A DNA stretch of 55,180 nucleotides from an uncultured archaeon (GCA_964493385.1 CAZBNW010000002.1:19793-74972), one strand, 5' to 3'. Shown: positions 21,189 through 31,455, numbered from the stretch's first letter. The notes: generated by a model from the sequence alone, not told the origin. Numbers and translations are program-made.

Positions 21189-21536
21189 AATTTAATTCTA
21201 TTAACAGATGGTAATTCTTAAATCAATCAATCATAAGTATTAAATATTTAGGCAAAAACCTTAAAAAAAAATCAAAGGTTGTTTTAAATATTTTTAAGTT
21301 TATAAAGTATTAAAATTTACTTTTGAATAGTAAATAAAGTACATCTATAAAAATATTATAGTAGAAATAAGAGAGTGAGATAAGGAGTAGTATAATTAAA
21401 ATATATAATGAATTTAAAAGTCTTGATTTATTAATTGTACCCTATAAAGATAATTTAAGTTTTAAAAATAAAAATATAATAAGAAAAAAACTATATTAAT
21501 AATAATAAAAACTTAAAGCATTCAAGGTGTTGGCTT

Positions 21537-21941
21537 ATACAATTTGGGTCTGATTTAGGAATTAATCAAGAGGATATTGAAAAAATTAGTCCTCAAATTA
21601 CTTTTATAACATCTAACGCAGATATAGAAGCTATAGCACTTGTAAGTTTTGAAGGGTATCAAATAGCTTTTTCAGCTTTACCACAATATCATGTTGATGG
21701 AGATCAATTTTGCGGGCTTGCGAGTGCGCTATTAATGACAGGAAGATCAACAATTCAAACTTTATTTCAGGAAGATTTAAGTGAAATCATAGTTCGAGCA
21801 CAAGATGGTTATATCGTAATTACTAATGCGGGGCGATTAGTGATTGTCTGTGCGGGAACAATAATTGATACACTTATGAAGACAGTAAAAGTTATGCGCA
21901 TTGCAGCAAAGAATCTTTACAAAATTTTCGAAGATCGCTAA
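21537..21941 (+). CDS. Roadblock/LC7 (MglB-like) domain protein
   Basis: The frame is open upstream of ATG 21735: DIEAIALVSFEGYQIAFS...LASALLMTGRSTIQTL...LSEIIVRAQDGYIVITNAG. Putative ATA start at 21537 after AAGGTG. Confidence 0.85.
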   Translation: MQFGSDLGINQEDIEKISPQITFITSNADIEAIALVSFEGYQIAFSALPQYHVDGDQFCGLASALLMTGRSTIQTLFQEDLSEIIVRAQDGYIVITNAGRLVIVCAGTIIDTLMKTVKVMRIAAKNLYKIFEDR

Positions 21942-22133
21942 ATAATATTCTCTTTTTAATTAACATTTAAAAAAATAATCTCCAATTACTTAATTTTCAT
22001 TCAAGAGTTAAAAATTTTAGATATTGAAAGTGTTCAAATTTTTCAATCAATTTTTAAAAAATTTCCATAAGTTTTTATTTATAGATGTATAAATAAGATT
22101 CAAAAATACTTGAATGATTTTTTTTTTACATTT

Positions 22134-22184
22134 ATGCCAATTATAAGAAGTAGTACTTGGCAATGGCCTTGGCGTTGGCAATAG
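22134..22184 (+). CDS. Putative Trp-rich leader peptide (MPIIRSSTWQWPWRWQ) upstream of trpB2
   Basis: ATG 22134 to TAG 22184; four TGG codons among the last eight sense codons; 156 nt before the trpB2 start. Confidence 0.75.
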   Translation: MPIIRSSTWQWPWRWQ

Positions 22185-22255
22185 AGCCAACTGCAATGGT
22201 TTAAAATTATTTTTTCATTTTAATATTTTTTCTCATAATATTAAAATCTCTTTTT
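22172..22255 (+). promoter_or_regulatory. Putative attenuator hairpins and T-tracts in the trpB2 leader
   Basis: Hairpin GTTGGC-AATAGA-GCCAAC (22174-22191) spans the leader stop. An 11-bp perfect inverted repeat ATTTTAATATT/AATATTAAAAT (22217-22247) is followed by a T-run. Confidence 0.5.
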
Positions 22256-22340
22256 AAATGCGCATTAATTGTATTGATTTCCAATATATAAATGATACAC
22301 ATCTTAAGATGTGAAAAAATGAAAATAAGCGGTAATTAAA

Positions 22341-23744
22341 ATGGTAGATTATTTTAAGGGAAGAATTTTTTTACAACCAAATGAGATTCCAAAAGAATGG
22401 GTAAACATCTTACCAGATTTACCCTCTCCTATGACGCCCTTAATCAATCCGATGGATGGAAAACCAGCTCCCCCAGAAATGGCATTTGCTATATTTCCTA
22501 AAGAATGTGTAATGCAGGAAGTTTCTCAAGAGCCTAATATACCCATTCCTAATGAATTAAGGGAAATATTTGCGAGCATTTATCGCCCTAGTCCTCTCCA
22601 TCGTGCTTTGAGTTTAGAAAAAGAATTAGGCATAGAAGGTGATGATATTAAAATTTTTTATAAAAATGAATCTTTATCTCCTACTGGTTCGCACAAACCT
22701 AATACTGCTATTGCCCAAGCATATTATGCGAAGAAGGAAGGAACAGAAGAACTGGTCACCGAAACAGGTGCGGGACAATGGGGTTCAGGCTTAGCATATG
22801 GATGCAATCTATTTAGACTTAAATGCACTGTATACATGGTAAGAGCAAGCTTTTTCCAAAAACCTGGTAGAAAAATTTTAATGAGATCTTTTAATGCTGA
22901 AGTACATGCAAGTCCTTCGAAGCTGACTGAATCTGGAAAAATTTTCTTAGAAAAAGATCCAGAACATCCAGGTAGTTTAGGAATCTCGATATCTGAGGCA
23001 CTAGAGCATAGTATGAGAAGTGATAAAATAAAATATTCTCTTGGAAGTGTAGTCAATTTTGTTCTTTTACATCAAACCATTATAGGACAAGAGACTAAAA
23101 TTCAACTGGCGAAAATGGGTATTGAAAAACCAGATATAGTAATTGGGTGCATGGGAGGCGGTTCAAATTTTTCTGGTTTGATGATTCCATTTGTAAGAGA
23201 TAAACTCAATGGAACAAGTCCAGATATAGAGATAATTGGTGTGGAACCTCGAGCATGTCCAAGTGTATGTAAAGGGGAGTACAGATGGGATTTTGGGGAC
23301 TCCTCGATGAAAGGCCCTATAGTAAAGATGCACACTTTAGGACACACTTTCATCCCAAGCCCAATTCATGCAGGAGGATTAAGATACCATGGAATTGCTC
23401 CTATTGTTTCAATTCTATACAACAATCGAATTATCAAAGCTATTATGCATCATCAAACTGAAGTTATTAAGGCAGGTATTCAATTTGCTAACACTGAAGG
23501 AATACTTCCTGCCCCAGAAACTGCTCATGCTGTAAAAGAAACTATTGATCAAGCATTAAAAGCTAAAGAAAACAATGAGAAAAAAGTAATTTTGTTTAAT
23601 TTTAGTGGTCATGGTTTCTTTGATTTATTAGCTTATAAAAAATATATGACCGGAGAATTAAAGGAGTATGAGTTACCATCAGAAGAAATTCAAAAAGCTT
23701 TAGCGTCAGAAGAAATGCCTGTAATTGATGAAACTCAATTTTAG
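22341..23744 (+). CDS. trpB2: Tryptophan synthase beta chain, TrpB2 type
   Basis: YRPSPLHRA, SPTGSHKPNTA (PLP Lys), TETGAGQWG, GSLGISISEA, GGGSNF, HAGGLRYHG and PAPETAHA. Confidence 0.96.
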   Translation: MVDYFKGRIFLQPNEIPKEWVNILPDLPSPMTPLINPMDGKPAPPEMAFAIFPKECVMQEVSQEPNIPIPNELREIFASIYRPSPLHRALSLEKELGIEGDDIKIFYKNESLSPTGSHKPNTAIAQAYYAKKEGTEELVTETGAGQWGSGLAYGCNLFRLKCTVYMVRASFFQKPGRKILMRSFNAEVHASPSKLTESGKIFLEKDPEHPGSLGISISEALEHSMRSDKIKYSLGSVVNFVLLHQTIIGQETKIQLAKMGIEKPDIVIGCMGGGSNFSGLMIPFVRDKLNGTSPDIEIIGVEPRACPSVCKGEYRWDFGDSSMKGPIVKMHTLGHTFIPSPIHAGGLRYHGIAPIVSILYNNRIIKAIMHHQTEVIKAGIQFANTEGILPAPETAHAVKETIDQALKAKENNEKKVILFNFSGHGFFDLLAYKKYMTGELKEYELPSEEIQKALASEEMPVIDETQF

Positions 23745-23851
23745 ATAATAATAATTATTATTTTTTTTCATAATTTACACTCTTAATAATCAAGAAAATC
23801 TTAAAATAAAAGAAACCTTTAAATATTAAAATCTTATGAGTTTGGTCGTTA

Positions 23852-24835
23852 TTGAACATTTTTTCGATAATAATTATATGCTCTTTGTATGCTTATGGTT
23901 TAATTCTTTTATATATTACTTATTTAGCAAGAAAAAATGGAGAAAAAGGGGCATTTATCAATAATTTGACAAACGGGTTAGTTTTAATAACATCAATTAC
24001 TGCTAATCTCATACTGATAAATTTTTTAAACCTCTCTGATAAGGAATTTATAGTTTTTCCTTTCAATATTTTAATGATCGGCTTTATTGGATTATTTTTT
24101 CCCTTATTCTATCTTTTTATTTCTCGAGAGAAACATAAAATTAAAAAAAGGAAGAAAAACATACGTAAGATTGAACTTCAATCATATACAGAACTACCCC
24201 TTAAATATGATATATATAGAAAACTAACCCATTTAGTTGTATTAGGAATAATCTTTTTTTATTTTACTTTTGGATTTTTAAATCAAAATTTAGTGGTTTT
24301 TTTAGTGGGGATCTCATTGATTGGTTTATTATCTGCTGATATTGTAAGAGTTTTAACTCCTGAGATCTATCCTTTAAAACCAGTTAATCAGATTTTACGA
24401 GAAAAGGAATTACATATGAGGTTAGGACCCCATATTTCTATGAGTATTGGATGTTTCTCAATAATTATGTTATATGGTTTAATTCAACCACTTGGACCAG
24501 TAATAATCTGTACTTCAATGGTAATGTCTATTTTTGGAGATATAACCTCTAATTTAATAGGCAGAACAATAGGTAATATAAGAATTAGAAAAACAAAAAA
24601 AACTTACGAAGGATTATTTGCTGGTATCATTGTCGCTTTTATCTCGGGAATAACTGTCTTATTTTTACTAAGAAATTTGTATAGATTCAGTATCTTAGGG
24701 TTATTTCTAATTCCCTTTATAGGTGCAATGATTATTGGTATATTGGATTATTTAGACTTAGAGATCGATGATAACTTGTCTTATAATTTCTGTTTATCTA
24801 CAGTATTATTTTTTATTTCAAGTTCCGTATTATAA
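23852..24835 (+). CDS. CTP-dependent polyprenol/diacylglycerol kinase family (SEC59/DGK1/VTE5-like) membrane protein
   Basis: RKLTHL, FGDITSNLIGR...KKTYEG and IDDNL motifs with many TM segments. Confidence 0.85.
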   Translation: MNIFSIIIICSLYAYGLILLYITYLARKNGEKGAFINNLTNGLVLITSITANLILINFLNLSDKEFIVFPFNILMIGFIGLFFPLFYLFISREKHKIKKRKKNIRKIELQSYTELPLKYDIYRKLTHLVVLGIIFFYFTFGFLNQNLVVFLVGISLIGLLSADIVRVLTPEIYPLKPVNQILREKELHMRLGPHISMSIGCFSIIMLYGLIQPLGPVIICTSMVMSIFGDITSNLIGRTIGNIRIRKTKKTYEGLFAGIIVAFISGITVLFLLRNLYRFSILGLFLIPFIGAMIIGILDYLDLEIDDNLSYNFCLSTVLFFISSSVL

Positions 24836-24892
24836 CGGAATTTATATTATTATTTAATAAACAAAAATTTTTTCAATCAAGGTATTTTTTTT

Positions 24893-25405
24893 ATGAAAAT
24901 GTTAGAAGAAAAATTAAAAATTGATAAAATTTCTAAAGGGACTGTTATTGATCACATTGATGCAGGATATGCTTTAACAATTCTTAATCTTACCGGTATT
25001 GATGAATCCAAAAATTTAATGACAATAGGAGTTAATGTTTCATCAAAGAAATATCAAACAAAAGATATAATTAAAATTGAGAATATATTCTTAAATGAAA
25101 CTCAAATGCAACAGATATCTATACTTTCCCCCAATGCTACTATTTCTTTAATTGAAAATTATAAAGTAATTGAAAAGAAAAAGGTAGAACTTCCACAGCT
25201 AATTAAAAAATTGATTTTATGTGTTAATCAGACTTGTATTTCAAATTCAGAAAAAGAACCAATATCAACTGAGTTCATGGTTCTTGAAGAAAAGCCACTA
25301 AAAATTCAATGTGTATATTGTGAACGTATTTACAAGCTAGAAGAAATCGTTTTCACCTCAAAAGAAAAGAAAGAGAAGAAAATAATACAAAGGATACAAT
25401 TGTAA
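24893..25405 (+). CDS. pyrI: Aspartate carbamoyltransferase regulatory chain
   Basis: GTVIDHI, KDIIKIE, SPNATIS and Zn site CVNQTCIS...CVYCE. Confidence 0.96.
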   Translation: MKMLEEKLKIDKISKGTVIDHIDAGYALTILNLTGIDESKNLMTIGVNVSSKKYQTKDIIKIENIFLNETQMQQISILSPNATISLIENYKVIEKKKVELPQLIKKLILCVNQTCISNSEKEPISTEFMVLEEKPLKIQCVYCERIYKLEEIVFTSKEKKEKKIIQRIQL

Positions 25406-25423
25406 AAAAGAAATTAGTTTATC

Positions 25424-25864
25424 CTATAGAAAGAGCTCGAGAACTGACGAGAAGCCGGGTATATAAAAAAGAACTGTTTCAAGAAAAACACCTACAATCA
25501 TAAATAAGAAGAAAAAAATACCTATACCTGGCAAAATAATATTTTTCCAATGCCATTCTTCTTTATCATAATCATATTTTAAAATTATAAAACTCACAAA
25601 AAAAGGAAATAAAAACCACCAGACCAGCATCCATGACAATAAAAACCAACCTATTAACCCGAAAATAAGTCTTCCTACGAGAGCACTTAGAGCTCCGGTA
25701 AGTGCGCGAATCCAATACAACTTTGTTTCCTTTTCTAAACGAAGATCTAAAGTTTTTGATGGTCTTTTTTCAATTTGAATAGACTTTTTTTGTAGTTCTT
25801 TCTTCTTCTCTTTTATTAATCTTTGTCTTCTTTTTTTAATATATACCTTCTTGCGCTTTCCCAT
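25424..25864 (-). CDS. Membrane protein, probable EMC6/Rab5ip-like
   Basis: Basic N-terminus, then three TM helices with YWIRALTGALSALVG and KNIILPGIGIFFFLF resembling the EMC6 pattern. Confidence 0.55.
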   Translation of the reverse strand: MGKRKKVYIKKRRQRLIKEKKKELQKKSIQIEKRPSKTLDLRLEKETKLYWIRALTGALSALVGRLIFGLIGWFLLSWMLVWWFLFPFFVSFIILKYDYDKEEWHWKNIILPGIGIFFFLFMIVGVFLETVLFYIPGFSSVLELFL

Positions 25865-25935
25865 AATTATTATTATAAATATTATTTATTATAAAAATCA
25901 TTATATATATTGACAAACTAAAAATCAAACATAAA

Positions 25936-27993
25936 ATGATTAAAGCGGCTAGAGAATTTTCTAATTTTGACGTATTCGCTATTGTTAAAGAATTAGATTC
26001 GATCTTGATTAATGGTACAATTCTAAATATATACGAAATAGAAGATTTATTGATAATAAAAATCAATACTACTTTTGGAAAGAAAAATTTAATTATTAAA
26101 AAAGATTCTCGGATTAATTTAACTGAATATAATTATCCTATTCCAAATTATCCCAGTCAATATATTAGTTCTCTACGAAAGTTTTTAAAAAATCGGAGAG
26201 TATTAAAAATTTCCCAACACCAATTTGATAGAATTATTATAATTGAATTAAGTAATAAAGATAACCAACCTTGGAGATTTGTTATAGAATTATTTAATAA
26301 GGGAAATTTCTTACTGTTAGATGAAAAAAATGTTATACAAATTGCCAAAAAATATAGGAAGTTTAAAGATAGAGAACTTCTCGCTAAAAAAGAGTACATT
26401 TTTCCCAAATCTCAGGGAAGAAATTTTTTAACTATAAATAAAGAAGAATTTAAAGACTTATTTGAAACTTCAGATGTAGAGATTGTTAGAGATCTATCCA
26501 GAAAGATCCATATTTCTGGCTTATATAGTGAAGAAATATGTTACAGAGCAAATATTAATAAAAAAGCTTATGGAAAGAACCTTAATGATGATGAATACCA
26601 ACAATTATATGAATCTTTCAAAAAATTAAGAAATCAATTATTATTTGGCCACATTAAAGCACAAATTGTGTTTGATCAACACGGGAATCAAATTTCTGTG
26701 CTTCCTTTTGAAATTGAGATCCTTAAAGATTATAATAAAAAAAATTTTACTTCATTTAATAATGCTGTTGATGAATATTTTTCAAAAATCGATTCTGATG
26801 CTCTGAAGAGTCCAAGTGATCAAAAAATTGAGGATCAAATAAAAACACAGGAGAAAATATTAAAAAATCAACAAGAGTACCTTGAAGAGCTGAAAAGTAA
26901 AAAAGAAAAATATTATAAAATCGGGGATCTAATATATGCTAAATTAAATTCATTAGAAAAATTAAGATCTGTAATTTTAGAAGCAAAGAAAAAAAATTAT
27001 CAATGGGAAGAAATAAATAACAAATTAGAAAAGGCAAAAATGAAAAATCTAAATGGAACTGAATTCTTCGAAAGAATTATTCCTTCAACAAATCAACTCA
27101 TAATAAAAATCAATGGTAACAACGTTTATTTAGATTTAAAGAAAAGTGTTGGACAAAATGCTAATTCCATATATACTAAAGGAAAAAAAGCTGAAAAGAA
27201 AATAAATGGAACAATTATCGCAATTACTAAAACTGAGGAAAATATTGATAGATTAAAACTTAAGAAAGAATCAATAGAAACCAAGATTGATTTCTTAATA
27301 AAAAAGCCAAAGAAAAAATGGTATGAGAAATTCAGATGGTTTATCTCTTCTGATGGATTTTTAGTTATTGGAGGTAGAGATGCTAGCTCTAATGAAGCGA
27401 TTTTTTCAAAATATTTAAACTCATATGATTTAGTCCTACATACCAATTTTCCAGGTTCACCTTTAACTGTAATAAAGAATCCTGAAAATAAGAAAATTCC
27501 AGAGGGTACTAAACAAGCAGCAGCTGATTTTGTTGCAAGTTACTCTAGAGCATGGAAAGAAAATTGGGGGATCGTTGATGTTTTTTATATAATGCCTGAA
27601 CAAGTATCTAAAAATGCCCCTTCAGGAGAATTTTTACCAAAAGGGTCATTTATGATATCTGGTAAGAAAAACTTTATTAAAAATGCAAAAACAGAACTTG
27701 CAATAGGTTTGAATTTCGTAGAAATAGAAAATGAAATAGTTAATGGTGTTAAAATCAACTATCCTAAAATAATCTGTGGTCCTAAACGAGAAATAGAAAA
27801 TCAATCTGAAAAAATTATCATAATAAAGCCATCGAAAATAGGATTAACCAAAGGGAAATTAGCTAAAGAAATAAAATCCTATTTCCTTAAAAATACAGAT
27901 AAAAAATTAAAGAAATGGGTGAACTTATTATCTCTTGATGAGATTATTTTATATCTTCCCACTGGGTTTTCTATAATTGAATCACCCAATTAA
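25936..27993 (+). CDS. rqcH: Ribosome quality-control factor Rqc2/NEMF (NFACT family)
   Basis: FSNFDV, LRKFLKN, QFDRII, IELFNKGN, WYEKFRWFISSDGFLVIGGRDA and GEFLPKGSFMI. Confidence 0.95.
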   Translation: MIKAAREFSNFDVFAIVKELDSILINGTILNIYEIEDLLIIKINTTFGKKNLIIKKDSRINLTEYNYPIPNYPSQYISSLRKFLKNRRVLKISQHQFDRIIIIELSNKDNQPWRFVIELFNKGNFLLLDEKNVIQIAKKYRKFKDRELLAKKEYIFPKSQGRNFLTINKEEFKDLFETSDVEIVRDLSRKIHISGLYSEEICYRANINKKAYGKNLNDDEYQQLYESFKKLRNQLLFGHIKAQIVFDQHGNQISVLPFEIEILKDYNKKNFTSFNNAVDEYFSKIDSDALKSPSDQKIEDQIKTQEKILKNQQEYLEELKSKKEKYYKIGDLIYAKLNSLEKLRSVILEAKKKNYQWEEINNKLEKAKMKNLNGTEFFERIIPSTNQLIIKINGNNVYLDLKKSVGQNANSIYTKGKKAEKKINGTIIAITKTEENIDRLKLKKESIETKIDFLIKKPKKKWYEKFRWFISSDGFLVIGGRDASSNEAIFSKYLNSYDLVLHTNFPGSPLTVIKNPENKKIPEGTKQAAADFVASYSRAWKENWGIVDVFYIMPEQVSKNAPSGEFLPKGSFMISGKKNFIKNAKTELAIGLNFVEIENEIVNGVKINYPKIICGPKREIENQSEKIIIIKPSKIGLTKGKLAKEIKSYFLKNTDKKLKKWVNLLSLDEIILYLPTGFSIIESPN

Positions 27994-28733
27994 CTTTTAC
28001 TTAATATCTTTTTTATTTTTGGAATATTTTTATGATTATCAAAAAGTATTCCATCAATCTGTATTTCGATAAGACGTTTTATCTTTTCAATTGGGTTTTC
28101 ATAATCAAGAAAATCCCAAGAAAGGGCAAAAAAATCATTTTTATGACAAACTTCTATGAAGTCTTTATTAATTAAATTTGATCTTAGGCTGATCATGTCA
28201 ATTTTAAAAGGGAGGCTTTTTTGGCTTCCTAATTTAAGAAAATCTTCTAGTTTTAATTCTAATCCTTTTGTTATATTATAACATATTTTACTTTCAGGAA
28301 ATCTTTTTTTGATCTGTTTTAAATCATTTAATCGCCTGCAGCTAAAAATACATTCATTTATCAATCCTTTTTTTTGAACTAAATTACAAAGATCTTTTAT
28401 TACATTCTCCCCTTTTAATTCTATCATGAATTTTACTTTCCCTTTAAATTTTTCTAAGACATCTGACAAGCTTGGTATTTGTTCTTTTTTAATTTTTGTT
28501 TTAAGTTTTCTAATTTCTTTAAAAGACCAGTCTTTCACTAATCCATAACCATTTGTAGTTCTGTCTAATGATGGATCATGCAAAATAATAAGCTGCTCAT
28601 TCTTAGTTTTATGAATGTCAAACTCTATATATTCTGCCCCAAATTCTATAGCCTCTTCAAAGGCACCAATCGTATTTTCATCAAAATTAATTCTAGTTCC
28701 TCTATGTCCAATATAAAAAAATTCTGAGCTCAT
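27990..28733 (-). CDS. Glycerophosphodiester phosphodiesterase family protein
   Basis: IGHRG...ENTIGAF...IEFDIH...HDPSLDRTT...IELK. Confidence 0.93.
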   Translation of the reverse strand: MSSEFFYIGHRGTRINFDENTIGAFEEAIEFGAEYIEFDIHKTKNEQLIILHDPSLDRTTNGYGLVKDWSFKEIRKLKTKIKKEQIPSLSDVLEKFKGKVKFMIELKGENVIKDLCNLVQKKGLINECIFSCRRLNDLKQIKKRFPESKICYNITKGLELKLEDFLKLGSQKSLPFKIDMISLRSNLINKDFIEVCHKNDFFALSWDFLDYENPIEKIKRLIEIQIDGILFDNHKNIPKIKKILSKS

Positions 28734-28757
28734 AGCCTAATTATAATAGATTCTGTT

Positions 28758-29174
28758 TTATAGCTCTTGAACAATATATAAGTAGATTAAAATAATAGCG
28801 AGTCCAAAAAGAGTAAAAATAAAAACCCAAGGATTTAGGATTGTTTGTCCTATTGAAAATCCAATAAGTAAAAATAATTCTTTCCAATCTAATGGTTTGC
28901 CAATTAATTCTTTATAATTAGCGAGACTAGTAATCATAAACAAAAAAAACAAAAGGATCACGATTCCTTTAATCAACACATCAAAAATAGTCCACAATAC
29001 ACTCTGATTCAAAAAAATAGTTATTATTCCAAGATTAAAAAAGAGTGAAATTATATAAAAAATACCCCCTAAAATAGCAGATATAATTACCGATCTATAT
29101 GCAAAAATTTCATCAGATCTATATCTCTTCCTCTTTTTTAGCACCTTTTCTGGTTCTTTCGGAATTTTTGACAT
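28758..29174 (-). CDS. Hypothetical membrane protein
   Basis: 138 aa with about 4 TM helices. Confidence 0.75.
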   Translation of the reverse strand: MSKIPKEPEKVLKKRKRYRSDEIFAYRSVIISAILGGIFYIISLFFNLGIITIFLNQSVLWTIFDVLIKGIVILLFFLFMITSLANYKELIGKPLDWKELFLLIGFSIGQTILNPWVFIFTLFGLAIILIYLYIVQEL

Positions 29175-29175
29175 T

Positions 29176-29985
29176 TTATCGTTTTATCCTTTCTATTTTT
29201 TCTTTTAATTTAAAAATTTTATAAATATAAAACCCATAAAGAATTCCCAGAATACTAAAAATTATAATACTTAATATAAGGATAACTAGATTCCAAAGTG
29301 GTTGTTCTGTAGTGGGAAATGATTTAATATTAATCAGTATTATTGTACTTTTTATGATCCCACTTGGATAAAATGGCGTTTTTCCGTAAGTAACGTTAAA
29401 AGCATAACCATTACCATAATCTAATAAAACATCTTCCTCGTTTCCATTGATGCTAGTAATTGGAATTGAAAATTCGTAAATTGAGGAACTATCTTCTAAT
29501 TTTGCTGCTCCATCACCATCATAATCACTGTCGTTTAAAAATATGCTATTATTTATGTAATAATCGAGGTAATTAAATTGATTTTCCGAAATATTTGAAA
29601 ATTGCACAATTTTAGCATCAATAAAATCTTCTTTATTCTCTGAAGAACTATTTGAAATCATAATCCCAACAAATTCAGTGGTATTATGATATTCATGTTC
29701 TAAATCGATTTGTACAGAGATATAAAGATTCGAATTATCTTGCATAACCCATAAATTAATAGGTAAACCTTCAGGAGGTGAGCCACCTAAATCAATCTGA
29801 ACTTTTGTAGCCTTATTCCATTCTTGCGAGGAAATATCAATATATCCATCAATAACAGGAGCTTCTCCAAACTGAGAATCAATTTCTTCAGTTGCACCAT
29901 AACTATTAGATATAAAAAGCAAGGAAATGATGGATATGTTTATTATTATGATGAAGATTATTCCTCTAAGAATTATTTTTTTCAA
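29176..29985 (-). CDS. Membrane-anchored extracellular protein (CBM9/DOMON-like beta domain)
   Basis: N-terminal signal/TM, APVIDG...EW, DNSNLYISV, YEFSIP, N-x-S/T sequons and a C-terminal TM. Confidence 0.7.
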   Translation of the reverse strand: MKKIILRGIIFIIIINISIISLLFISNSYGATEEIDSQFGEAPVIDGYIDISSQEWNKATKVQIDLGGSPPEGLPINLWVMQDNSNLYISVQIDLEHEYHNTTEFVGIMISNSSSENKEDFIDAKIVQFSNISENQFNYLDYYINNSIFLNDSDYDGDGAAKLEDSSSIYEFSIPITSINGNEEDVLLDYGNGYAFNVTYGKTPFYPSGIIKSTIILINIKSFPTTEQPLWNLVILILSIIIFSILGILYGFYIYKIFKLKEKIERIKR

Positions 29986-30184
29986 GATTATTAAGCCATT
30001 TATTTTATATTGTTCTAATTTCTGTATAATTCAATAATAAAATTGATAATTAAAATTTAATTTAATATTTTTCGCATCTTCCTTGTTTTTTTCTAAATAG
30101 ACAGTACTTTAATATAAAATTTAACTATTAAATGTAAAAAATAGGGATTCAATTATCCAATTAAATTATCTTGAATATGTTAAT

Positions 30185-30634
30185 TCAATAAAGATAATTA
30201 GGGAGCATAATAACGCAATTAAATTTATTTAAATATACAACAATATAATTTATCAGACTTTTAATCTCACGTTTTGCCTCTAGTAAATTTTTGTTATTGT
30301 AATCTGCAAAGGGTTTCGGCCCTATCGCAACAAGAATTCCAGATAAATCTTTTTCTCTTTTAATGAAAAACCAGAAAGGTTTTTTTTTCTCATTATCTTT
30401 TACAATCATAAGCATCCAAGGATTTAATGTCCAGTCAACATTATCAGGCCCTATAACTTTTACTATTGCTTTTTGAGTATTATATTTTTTTGTCATCTGT
30501 ATCGTTTTAACAAGAGCATTAAAGTAGCTTCTTTTTATCTTTAAATATCCTCCAAAATATGTTTTGGCATCAGATAATTCGAGTTCTTTGTCTATACCCT
30601 CTGAAGATTTCAAAAAAACTCTCCAAATGTCCAT
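30185..30634 (-). CDS. Hypothetical protein
   Basis: 149-aa ORF co-oriented and tightly packed with the rnp genes. Confidence 0.75.
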   Translation of the reverse strand: MDIWRVFLKSSEGIDKELELSDAKTYFGGYLKIKRSYFNALVKTIQMTKKYNTQKAIVKVIGPDNVDWTLNPWMLMIVKDNEKKKPFWFFIKREKDLSGILVAIGPKPFADYNNKNLLEAKREIKSLINYIVVYLNKFNCVIMLPNYLY

Positions 30635-30636
30635 AA

Positions 30637-31077
30637 TTAATTTTCTTTGCTTTTTTCTAGTTGAATTTCTTCTATTTTTATTTCTTTAAATATATTTTTA
30701 ATCTTTTCTAATGATACCTTTAAATCCTTACCTTTTATTTCAGCTAAACTTAAATTCAAATAACACTCATAAAAAAGTTGTTTTGCAATTAGTAGTACTC
30801 CTGATGTGTGAATAACTTGAAAATTTTGGAGGACTTTGGATATCTCATCAAATATATCATTGGAAAAATTAAATCCTGTAAATGTAATCTTTACAATTTT
30901 ATCATTTTTTAGTGGATAAACTGATAATTTTATGGAGTTCTCTATTGTTGATTGAATTATTAAAAGAAATGGATAATTCTCTATATTTTTGATGTCTAAT
31001 AACGAAATTTTTAATATAGTTTTGGAAACATCATTAATACGCTGAATATAAGCTTTTGTTAAATTATAAACTTTCAT
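30637..31077 (-). CDS. Hypothetical protein (possible ACT-like C-terminal domain)
   Basis: 146-aa ORF; IHTSGV...YECYL beta-alpha pattern. Confidence 0.7.
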   Translation of the reverse strand: MKVYNLTKAYIQRINDVSKTILKISLLDIKNIENYPFLLIIQSTIENSIKLSVYPLKNDKIVKITFTGFNFSNDIFDEISKVLQNFQVIHTSGVLLIAKQLFYECYLNLSLAEIKGKDLKVSLEKIKNIFKEIKIEEIQLEKSKEN

Positions 31078-31119
31078 GTTTAGTTAAAATATATGTTTTT
31101 CATCTAAACCTATCTTTCT

Positions 31120-31455
31120 TTATTGATTCGCTTTTTTTATTGATCGTATAGTCCCTGAAGTTTTTATAGGTGAAAATATCACCTTAGTTCCATTAATTTC
31201 TTTCACAAGGCTCAAAGCTGAAATTATTGTTTCTTTAGTCTGGTGAGAGCATCTTATAATTCCATAATCTTCGTCTAAATTAAGCTCTATTAACCATAAT
31301 CCAATTTTATTTGCCTCCTTCATTCCAAAATAACGCCATATTGATTGCCAAATTGATTTTAAAATTGAATTTTGTGTAAGATTTATTTTACTTTCTTTAA
31401 TTATTTTAAAGAAGATATATCTTTGCCTTTCCTTTATTGTTATTTTAATCCCCAC
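31120..31455 (-). CDS. rnp2: RNase P protein Pop5/Rpp14
   Basis: ERQRYIFFKI, GIIRCSH and TSGTIRS; adjacent to rnp3. Confidence 0.92.
   Translation of the reverse strand: MGIKITIKERQRYIFFKIIKESKINLTQNSILKSIWQSIWRYFGMKEANKIGLWLIELNLDEDYGIIRCSHQTKETIISALSLVKEINGTKVIFSPIKTSGTIRSIKKANQ

Noticed and set aside
12308-27446. Antisense ORFs inside tgtA, the nuclease, the large hypotheticals, trpB2 and rqcH
   Set aside because: Shadow frames with no motifs; expected opposite long coding sequences.
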